The notes beneath the pieces are model-generated. The model saw only the letters and a list, made by a program, of their open reading frames with translations. It did not search any database and had not been told where the DNA came from. Both the position numbers and the translations under genes were made by a program. Positions 9,819 through 18,855 of a stretch of DNA of 20,000 nt are shown one piece after another. Within the stretch, counting starts at the first letter, position 1. The number at the start of each line of letters is the position of its first letter. The stretch covers positions 292,791 through 312,790 of the forward strand of contig JAVECO010000003.1 in NCBI GenBank assembly GCA_051942205.1, read 5' to 3'. This stretch comes from Coniocarpon cinnabarinum. Lineage: Eukaryota.

Positions 9819-12632
9819 ATGGATGATCCCTTTGATGCGCGAGGGGCCCCAGCGCTGGCTCCATCTGCCAATGGACATTCACCTTCTAATTCCGTTCTCC
9901 CGGATCTTGATTTCTCAGATTTTAACATTGACCCCAACATAGATCTTGGCCCTGATCTTGCTAATCTCCTCAGCTTGAACAACGAAAACTTTGATTTCAA
10001 CTCACAGGCTCAATCTTTCGACCTCGTCAATGCCGATGTCCAACATGAAGCGTTCAACACAATGTTCAATGGCGGTGACAACGCCCAAGAAACGCAGGCT
10101 CAAGTGGCGGAGCCCCTAGCATGCGAATCGGCAGATCTCGCACGAGGACCTGAACCTGGAGAACGGCCGGAGGAGGCACCAGATGAGGAGCAACACGGCT
10201 TTAGCGTACTGCCTCAACCCGCTGCAGACCATTCAAGGTCCTCAAAGAATGATCAAAACGTAGTATCTAATCTTCTCTCGTCATACCGTGGTGTTGAAGA
10301 TCAACGAACAAGCGATGTGAAGATTAATGGCACGACTGCAGAAGCAGATTGTCGCCGCGCTGATGCTGCCGCGAGTAACACGACCGTAACATCTGAAGAT
10401 TTGATGAATGCGCCTTGCAGCATCACACAAGAACGTGAACAAAGTCTTCAACAGGAGAGTGAAGGAGACGGAGAGGTCCGGGAGGACGAAGAAGTGTTGC
10501 AAGATGCAGTTGAAGAGGAAGAAGGGGGAGCACAGGATGTGCTGCGGTGTGAGCAAGAAGCCGGTGCAGTCAGCGACGCTTTCGACGAACAGATCTCGCC
10601 CCATGCTTCTCCGCCACCCCTACAACCAACAATGTATGAAGAAGCGCGGTGGGTCTTTCGAAAGACGGCTAGAGATAACCTGCCACATGTTTCTACTTGG
10701 ATAGATAAAGACGATACTGGAGATTACGATCCAATGGCGAAAGTAGAAGCCCGTCCCTTAAAGCGACGACGTCTGGACCAGCCTTTGCAGCGCGAGCCCC
10801 GGGATACAACACACGCAAAGTCTCGCTCTGCGTATATGCGTCGTATGGCGGGTGATCGCTACTGTGTAACGCTGACTTTTAGATCACTAGCCGGTATCGA
10901 TCTTCTACGGAGCGGCACGGATAACTGGCCTGATGACATCAACGTGAACACTCTCGACGATTCAGCGTACGCTGCCGAAGGAAGCTCTGACGAAGTCGAT
11001 GCCAATGCTAGCTACAACCTCCGTCGACGTGGTCTGGTGGCAACATCTAATGATTTTGTCGGCAAGCCTGAAGGGCGAGGATGCCATTATTGCCTTGCTA
11101 TCGGCGAGTGGTGCTCCATGCGCGACGACGATGGTGCCTACCCATGTGATAACTGCTTGAATGAAGGCGAAGACTGCGAACCGCTCGTCACACCCTTGCG
11201 CAAACAAGCTTGTGAGATCTGCCGTAACGCTGGGCATGCTTGCTCCTACTCTTATGAGGGCAGTGACCACGCGAGAGCGTGCGAATATTGCACCAACAAT
11301 GGCTTCAAATGTATCGCCGGACCGGCACCTGACCCAACAAGAGCGCGTTATGATAGCCAGGGAAATCCAGCGACACCGGTCGAACGCGACTCTCGCTCTC
11401 GTTACCGTGTAGGCAAGTTCAGGTCCTGTACGGCATGTCGTGCTTCCCACAAGTTTTGCCCTCTTCTGAGGTCTAAGGCGGAACCGCCATGTCCTCCTTG
11501 CAAACGCGGGAAAGTTCCCTGTACCTTTGAATCCGTGAAGCGGACACCGAAACCACAAGAATCCAACGAGGCTCCGGCTCAGCTTGCTTCAAAGCCAAAG
11601 GCTCAGCCCGCAACAGAATCATCACCATCTGATACGCCACCGAAGTCGCCCAATTCCTCCTCACGCGTCCTGCCACCAGTCACGCATCAACTGTCGGGTC
11701 AGATCTCTTCACTAACAACCGCATTGTCCCACCCAATCACCTTCAATTCCCATCCAAATCTCGAATGCCATTGGTGCTCGGGACGCACGCCCACGCTTCC
11801 GCTCTTCGGCCTTGCCGATCGCACCACCAAGAGGCCTGGACGCCGCACGGTAAAAGTACTCCTCTGGGCAAATCGCTTAGCATGCAAGGAGCTTAAAGGC
11901 GGCTACACGGAACAAGGCTACGATCCCTGCCGCATGTGCGCGTATTGCACATTTCTCCGCGTCCGCGTCATGTTTTGTAAAGAGCACAGTTTCCGACAGA
12001 TCCCATGGGTATCTGATCCCAGTCCCGAGGAGGCGCAATTGGCCCTCGAAGCGCGCGAGCGCGGTAGGGGACGTCGACCACATGCTGCAATCAACCGGCT
12101 TGTTGCCGTAGGCAAAGAGGCACGGCTCCTTGAGGATAAAAAGCAAGCGGGACAGCTCCTTCGCAACGAGCTGAAAAGGTGGTGTGCTGTCTGCCCCGCC
12201 GTCGCCATCGTCGAATGTTGCGCCGGTGATAAGATGGAATGCAGTCTTCGCCTGTGCAGTATCTGCTACCGTCTTGTGGCCGCGGAATCTACGAACAAGG
12301 GCGACTTCGTCAAATTTGTTTCTGAGATTGGGGAGAAGCATAAGCAGGAACGCGTGAAGAAGCAGTATCCGATGGGATTGCGAGCAGACTACGAGTTCTA
12401 CGCTTGGGGCGGATTCATGATGAGGCAAGTGAGGCACGCGGAAATGGAGAGACTGAAACGGGAGGCGAGTTTGACGAAGAAGAAGGTGGACGACGGGAAG
12501 GGTAGTAAGGGTAAGGAAGATGGGAAGGGTGGGGAGGAGGAGGAGAAGAAGAAGAAGAAGAGGAAGAAGCGGCGAGCGCCGAAAACAGACAAGGTGGTGA
12601 ATGAGAATGGCAAGCGACCGCAGACAGCCTGA
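9819..12632 (+). CDS. Fungal nuclear protein (~937 aa) with three tandem Zn2Cys6-like clusters, a further Cys-rich C-terminal domain and a basic NLS
   Basis: Long uninterrupted ORF; first ATG at 9819 (the track starts at GTG 9771). Acidic disordered N-terminus, three Cx2Cx6Cx10-12Cx2Cx6C patterns at 11082-11522, more CxxC pairs at 11766-12266, and KKKKKRKKRR near the C-terminus. Confidence 0.85.
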   Translation: MDDPFDARGAPALAPSANGHSPSNSVLPDLDFSDFNIDPNIDLGPDLANLLSLNNENFDFNSQAQSFDLVNADVQHEAFNTMFNGGDNAQETQAQVAEPLACESADLARGPEPGERPEEAPDEEQHGFSVLPQPAADHSRSSKNDQNVVSNLLSSYRGVEDQRTSDVKINGTTAEADCRRADAAASNTTVTSEDLMNAPCSITQEREQSLQQESEGDGEVREDEEVLQDAVEEEEGGAQDVLRCEQEAGAVSDAFDEQISPHASPPPLQPTMYEEARWVFRKTARDNLPHVSTWIDKDDTGDYDPMAKVEARPLKRRRLDQPLQREPRDTTHAKSRSAYMRRMAGDRYCVTLTFRSLAGIDLLRSGTDNWPDDINVNTLDDSAYAAEGSSDEVDANASYNLRRRGLVATSNDFVGKPEGRGCHYCLAIGEWCSMRDDDGAYPCDNCLNEGEDCEPLVTPLRKQACEICRNAGHACSYSYEGSDHARACEYCTNNGFKCIAGPAPDPTRARYDSQGNPATPVERDSRSRYRVGKFRSCTACRASHKFCPLLRSKAEPPCPPCKRGKVPCTFESVKRTPKPQESNEAPAQLASKPKAQPATESSPSDTPPKSPNSSSRVLPPVTHQLSGQISSLTTALSHPITFNSHPNLECHWCSGRTPTLPLFGLADRTTKRPGRRTVKVLLWANRLACKELKGGYTEQGYDPCRMCAYCTFLRVRVMFCKEHSFRQIPWVSDPSPEEAQLALEARERGRGRRPHAAINRLVAVGKEARLLEDKKQAGQLLRNELKRWCAVCPAVAIVECCAGDKMECSLRLCSICYRLVAAESTNKGDFVKFVSEIGEKHKQERVKKQYPMGLRADYEFYAWGGFMMRQVRHAEMERLKREASLTKKKVDDGKGSKGKEDGKGGEEEEKKKKKRKKRRAPKTDKVVNENGKRPQTA

Positions 12633-12953
12633 TGATCAGGAGCGGATCTGGACGTTGCAATCTGAAAGCAGACGAGGAGCGACGCCGCTGAATACTTCAG
12701 TTTGCTTTTCGGTACCAATCAGACTTCCGCCATATTTTGTACGGACAACGCAGACTAGACACACATGTACTTCAGATCCTCCAGCAATGACGCTCAACCG
12801 AACCAATATGCTGATCAAAGAACGTTGCGCTTGCTAGTGACCAGGGAGCGCAGGCTCACTCAGACTGTGGTCCTCCTGCTTGAAGGAGATCCGAAAAAGC
12901 ACTTGTTGTATTAGGCACGTTGATCTGACAGTTCGGTTGCCGCGGGAAACTTT

Positions 12954-12977
12954 TTCATTCATTCATTCATTCATTCA
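12954..12977. repeat. (TTCA)6 microsatellite
   Basis: Six perfect TTCA units in the intergenic region. Confidence 0.9.
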
Positions 12978-13782
12978 TACAACTAACTCAAAGCTAGCTG
13001 ACAGTGAACAAGGCGGAAGGTCCTAGATGTGACTGTTCTTCCTCTTCTGACTTTCGTGAACGCGCCTCTTCTAATGTATTTTCAACGAGGTGTGCTGCAC
13101 TTGGGCAACAATAAAGTCGGACTTGGTGATTGACTGCTTGGCTGCTTGGCTTGCATTCTCAAAAAGTACGACGTCACTGTCGGATGTGTCGCTGTGAGTG
13201 GCTGACAGACGCGACAGTCGCGATCTGTAACGCCGCTATGTTTCCGCGTCATGAAGGTAACGCGGACAACCACCAGAAGCAGACTAGATCACTGACGCCG
13301 TGATGCGACGATTGCTGCCCAAGCGGGCTCGGGAGCGGCAATCTGGCAAATAAATGCCACTAAGAGAACTCCACATGGACGTCGAGAATAAGTGAAAAAC
13401 GTAGGTAAGAGAAAACAAGATGAAGTTAGAAGCCGGAGCATTTTCGAAGGCGCATCGCAGGCGCTAAGTCAGGAACTTGGCTAGAACAGGACTAGCGCCT
13501 GGGGAAAACCGGTCCGTCCAGTCTGTGACATTGGGAAAGAAGAAAGCGTTTCACGCTCTTTCCTCGGCCTTGCCCCGAAATGCCAGACACCCGTTGCCGA
13601 CGCACCATTACGGACCTCAGAACCTGCATGCTACAGCGCTGATTTGCATACAAAAGATCCTTGTGACCAAAAGGACGGCCCAGGCGTCGGCGAGCTCCAT
13701 CTGACGCCCAACAAAAAGCAACTTCCCCGGACGCCAAGACGGCTGCTCACGCGCTAGTAATCGCCAACTTTTCAACTCTGCA

Positions 13783-13824
13783 ATGGCCCTGTGGGTTTCC
13801 AAATCGTCGTCGGTAGAATTCTAG
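13783..13824 (+). promoter_or_regulatory. Putative upstream ORF (MALWVSKSSSVEF*) just before the SPX-EXS start codon
   Basis: ATG at 13783 in GCAATGG context; TAG at 13822-13824, 8 nt before the main ATG at 13833. Whether it lies in the mRNA is not known. Confidence 0.45.
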
Positions 13825-13832
13825 TGGGGAGC

Positions 13833-16602
13833 ATGAAGTTCGCCAAGCAGCTTCAGCATGACCGCGTTCCGGAATGGATCGACCACTATCTCAACTATAA
13901 GCTCGGGAAGAAGAAGATCAAGCAGTATGAAGCGGCTAAGAGGCGCGGCGCGTCCTACCCTTCTCGTGACGTGGATGAGTTCTTTCAATCGGAGCTGCTC
14001 AAGGTCGAGCGATTTTACAAACAGAAGGAAGAGGGCGCCATCGAACGTATGCTGGAGCTCAAATCTCAATTCAACATTTACCAGGAGCAGCTCTTCCTTC
14101 GCGGATCGATAGTGCAGAATCATGATGCATTGCAAGACTACACGCGTCCCAAAGTCCATCGCAGGTGAGCTTGACTTTTCCTTCTTCGAAACCGGCTGAG
14201 AGGCGACCGCTGGATGCTGGCCTCTACCCAAGGCTCGACCACGGCGCGCGAACCGACTTCGCTGAACTGCCACGCGAAACAATAGTTGCGGAGTAATTGC
14301 CACGAAAATGGCACATCACCCACGGATTGTTAATGAGGCTATCTGCATTTGAACGCATGCAGGCATGAGATATATTGAGGGTCTTTATATCATCCGAGGG
14401 GCTTCTCACAATTCCTTAAAAATCTTATCTGCTGCATTGGTCTGAAGAGAAATGCAGGCCGATATCAGTCATTGGGGGCTTTATACTGTACTAGAAAGCA
14501 GTAGCTAACAAGTCCTCCTGTAGGCAAGCACGAAAACAGCTGAAACAGGTAAGCGTCCTGTCATGGACCCCGAGTTGCCCGGGCCAAGCGCGACAGATTG
14601 AGAGGTCTGTTCAAAGCTGACATCTCAATAGGCCCTTATAGAGTTTTATCGTGGTCTTGAGTTGCTCCAGTCATACGCAGCGATGAATATCACAGCTTTC
14701 CGGAAGCTCAACAAGAAGTTCGACAAGGCATATCAACGAGACAATCGACCGTTGCTCCGTTACTATAGCGATAATGTCCAACATGCATACTTCTATCAAA
14801 GTCGTGCGCTTGAGACGATCGTCGTCGAAGTCGAAGAGCTCTATGCCAAACACTATGAGCAGGGCAACCAAAAAGCTGCTGTGGATGAGCTCAAGGCCAA
14901 AAGCTCCCCTGACTGGATGGCCTTGTCATGGGCCATGTTTGCGAATGGCATGTTCGCAGGCTTTGGCACTGCTCTTGGGATCATCGGCCTAGTCGATGCT
15001 GGAGTAGAGCTTCAAGAAGAACCGGCATTGAATCCTCACAACAGCTTCCTGCTCCAAATATATGGAGGCTATTTCCTCATGGTCCTTCTTATGATATTTT
15101 TCTGTCTCAGCTGCGTCGTCTTTGATAAGGCAAGGATCAATTATCAGTTCATCTTTAACCTCAATCCGTATCAGAGCTTGGACTGGAGGGAGATGCTCGT
15201 CGTACGTGGGAAAGATCGAGGATCGAAGGGCCGCGAGCTGACATGTCCAAACAGCTCCCTCTTCTCTTCTACTTCTTTGTCGGATTTTGCATGTGGATGA
15301 GCTTCTCTTTCGAAACCGAGAACTTCAAGTTTCGTATCTACTGGCCTGTCATACTCATCGCCACCACCCTTGCCATCTTGATACTGCCAGCGCCGACGCT
15401 CTACGCAAGAAGTCGAAAATGGTTTCTCAAGCATGTCGGTCGGCTGGTCGTCTCTCCACTCTCGCCTGTCACCTTTCCTGACTTTTTCGTCGGTGACATG
15501 TTCTGTTCTTTGTCTTACAGCATGAGCGTGAGTCTCTGCAATGGGCAGAGCAACACAGGCCATGGCTAAATTGATACGCAGAACATTGAAATCTTCTTTT
15601 GCCTGTATGCTCATAATTGGGAAGATGTGCAGCAGTGCAACTCGAACCATTCAAGACTCCTTGGGTATGTCTGAGGTCATGGTTAAACTAATTTGCACAA
15701 AGCTGAGGTGCTTTATGTATCTCCTCTTGCTGAGACGGCTCTACTAGATTCTTCACCGCTCTTCCTGCGATATGGCGAGCTTTGCAGTGCCTAAGGCGCT
15801 TTTATAACTCCCACGCGCCATTTCCTCATCTGGCCAACCTCGGAAAATACACAGCTACTTCGGTCTCCTACTTGTGCTTATCAGTGTATCGGATCGATCG
15901 AACACGAGCTAGTGAAATTGTTTTCATTGCATTCGCCTGCATCAACAGCCTATACACCATTTTCTGGGACATTCAAATAGACTGGAGTCTTGCAGAAACG
16001 CAACACAATTTCTTGAGAAGAGATCTCGCATTTGCTAAGCACAACTGGGTAAAAACAGCCAAACAGCTGCCTCCCGCTTCATTTGGACTAGACAATATGC
16101 TAACATGGCGCAGGTCTATTACCTAGCAATGGCTTGGGATGTCCTAGTGCGCTTCAACTGGATCGCATACGTCGCCATCAATGCGTATCCCCAGCACTCT
16201 TCACTTGCATCGTTTCTAGTGGCTTTTACAGAGGTCACTAGAAGAGGCGTCTGGAGCATTTTTCGGGTGGAGAATGAGCACTGGGGGAATGTGCGCTCTA
16301 AGCACGCGTATAGAGATCCTCCATTGCCGTACAAGATCGCCGACACTGCGGCCCGGGAGACTGCAGCCACGTCCGGCGTCGACTTGGAGAGGACGGGCAG
16401 TAAGCCCGGCGTGCCTATGAACGGACTGAGGAGGAGAAAGAGCAGCAGCCACGGTAATACCGCAGGCAGGCTGTCGCGACTGGACAGTAACATGAGTGTA
16501 CTCAACGACGCTCATATGCAGGACTATACCCGAGGCCCGGATGGCTCAGGCTCAGATAGGAGCACAGATGATGAGGAGGAGCCGGACGAGGAAGAAAGAT
16601 GA
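13833..16602 (+). CDS. SYG1: SPX-EXS phosphate exporter (SYG1/XPR1/PHO1 family), 7 exons, ~690 aa
   Basis: Exons: 13833-14164, 14524-14548, 14632-15201, 15255-15527, 15582-15664, 15748-16048, 16114-16602 (2073 nt, in frame, all introns GT-AG). SPX motifs: MKFAKQL, YLNYKLGKKKIK, EFYRGLELLQSY..MN.TAFRKLNKKFDK. EXS motifs: DFFVGDMFCSL, QCLRR, HLANLGKY, WDIQIDW, RFNW, EVTRRGVW.IFRVENEH. Confidence 0.92.
14340..14485 (+). repeat. Degenerate direct repeat (two ~50-60 bp units) in SPX-EXS intron 1
   Basis: Units 14340-14389 and 14426-14485 share, in order, TATCTGC, CATT, TGAA, ATGCAGGC, GATAT, ATTGRGGG and CTTTATA. Confidence 0.6.
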
Positions 16603-17100
16603 CGCGTCGTATCCCTAAGATGATCAACTCTCTGCATTCCCAGCGGTGACGTATGGCCATCATTGATAGAGCCAAGTTGTAAGTGTATAATCATGGAAGC
16701 ACTCGGAAGAATTCGGATAAAGGAGAACAAAAGCTGGCCATCCGCTGCGTCGGAGTGGATATATTCGTACATCCAGGTTTTCGGGTGGGTGTGGATACCT
16801 TATCCTTGCTCCTGCTTTTATCACCTCCCCTGCTCTTGCGTTTCCAGGTATCCTCTAAACCTGAGATTGAGTGAGACCTTAGGCACAATTCATTCTTTAA
16901 ATCATGACTGCTCTGGTGTACCGAAGAAGGGTTGCTGTGTGATTGATACGAGAACATCGAAAGCGACTCCGAGATACTGCTTACCGTAAAATTATCGCGA
17001 GTCAGCACGCCTGTAAGAGTTCACCAGCACATCCTTGGAGCGCCTTGCTCCCTGCAAAAGACTATTCTTAAAAATCTCTTATTCGCTTTTCCCTAAAGCC

Positions 17101-18640
17101 ATGGCGGTGTCCACGTCGCCGGGCAGTCCCAGCTCCAAGGGCGAAATGGGTCGCATAGGAAGCGGCGAGTTTTACACGGGCAAACGCCGCACAAATAGCA
17201 TTGGCGTGCAGGTCGAGGACATACGATTATGTGTGGTCATGGTAGGTCTGCCGGCTCGGGGCAAGAGTCTGATTGCTGGAAAGGGTATGTTGATGTTTGT
17301 CTCACTTGCAAGGGTCCATTGGGTTTCTCACGGGCACACGAGCCTTGGCGGTGCAGCCATTGCGAGGAAAGGTGTCTTGGCTATGCTGTGTGATGCTGAC
17401 TTGTCACGTTGTAGTCGTGCGATACCTGGGCTGGCTCAGTATCAATGCCAAGAACTTCAACGTCGGGCAGTACCGCCGCTCTGCTACGCCGACCCCCTCT
17501 GCTGCATTCTTCGACACGAAGAACAAAGATGGGGAGCGCGCGCGCCGTGCCGCTGCTGAAGCCGCCATTGCGGATATGGTGCGGTGGTTTGACCGTGGCG
17601 GCGGAACGGTCGCCATCTTCGACGCGACGAACAGCACCAAGGACCGCCGCCGCTGGATTCATGAACGCTGTCATGCGCATGAAATTGACACGCTCTTCGT
17701 CGAGAGCAAATGCGACGACGAGGAGCTCGTCATGAGCAACATCCTCGAGGTCAAAACGACAAGTCCTGACTACAAGGGCCAGGACCCAGAAGAAGCGGCC
17801 AAAGACTTCCGCGAACGAATACGCAATTACGAGCGTGTTTATGAGACGATTGATGAAGACGAGAGAGATCTCACGTATGTCAAGCTTATCAACGTGGGCA
17901 GCCAGGTCATCATCAATAATATCCGTGACTACCTCCAAAGCCGCGTGGTGTACTACCTCATGAACCTGCACATCAAGCCGCGCTCCATCTGGATCTCGCG
18001 CCACGGCGAGAGCATGTTCAACTTGACCGGTCAAATCGGTGGTGACGCCGACCTCTCCGAGCGCGGAGAGGCGTACGCGCGCAGACTTCCTGATCTGGTC
18101 CGCCAGTCCGTCGGACCGGATCTGTACGACAACCGCAAACTCACAGTGTGGACCTCGACGCTGAAGCGCACGCAGCAGACCGCGCGCTTTTGCCCCTTCG
18201 AACGCCTCGAATGGAAAGCCCTCGACGAGCTCGACAGCGGGGTCTGCGACGGTCTGACCTACGGCGAAATCGAGTCCCAATACCCCGACGACTTTAAAAT
18301 GCGTGACGATGACAAGTACAACTATCGCTATCTGGGCGGAGAGTCCTATCGCGACGTCGTCATCCGCCTTGAACCCATCATCATGGAGCTGGAGCGCGCC
18401 GAGAATATCCTGATTGTCACGCATCAGGCGATTCTCAGATGTATATATGCGTACTTTATGAATGTGCCGCAGGAGCGCAGCCCTTGGATGGAGGTGCCGC
18501 TGCATACGCTGATCAAGCTCACGCCGAAGGCCTATGGGACCCAGGAGGAGAGACTCAAGGCGGATATTCCGGCGGTGAGCACGTTTAGGAGTAAGGGGAG
18601 TAGTGCGAAGCACCAGGACCAGGACTCGAATGGTCTGTGA
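17101..18640 (+). CDS. FBP26: 6-phosphofructo-2-kinase/fructose-2,6-bisphosphatase (FBP26-like), ~469 aa
   Basis: Exon 1 is 17101-17284 (P-loop MVGLPARGKS). The intron is 17285-17414 (GTATGT...GCTGAC...TAG). Exon 2 is 17415-18640 with FNVGQYRR, FDATNST, SRHGES (catalytic His), LDELDSG, GGESY.D...RLEP and THQA. The N-terminal RRTNS is a possible PKA-type site. The C-terminus may be extended by a terminal intron (see findings). Confidence 0.93.
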
Positions 18641-18855
18641 AGGGTCGGCTTGTACGATTGGGGACTGATGCAGGAGCTTGTAGGTCTTGAGAGACTAACT
18701 TGAGGGACTAACTTGGTGAGTGAGACAGTTGTACGTCTATTGACAGTCGAGAGAAGTCCGCTCAGTATTTTTCATTCGAAGCTTGAGCTTCGGCACGCTT
18801 GAGAGAAGCTATCAATGACTAAAACCAAGAGATGCTCACGCATGACATTTGATGA

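Noticed and set aside
14190..14285. TPP-riboswitch-like GCTGAGA...TACCC...GAACC in SPX-EXS intron 1
   Set aside because: It lacks the P2 5' strand and the conserved GAACYUGAU...UAAU...GCG P4/P5 core, and the gene is unrelated to thiamine.
15665..15747. Possible stwintron in SPX-EXS intron 5 (internal ACTAAT...AAG)
   Set aside because: Removing the internal piece does not rebuild a valid donor, and the internal intron would be under 40 nt.
17381..18613. 410-aa antisense ORF over FBP26
   Set aside because: It is the codon-register mirror of a GC3-biased conserved gene and shows no recognisable motifs; a typical shadow ORF.
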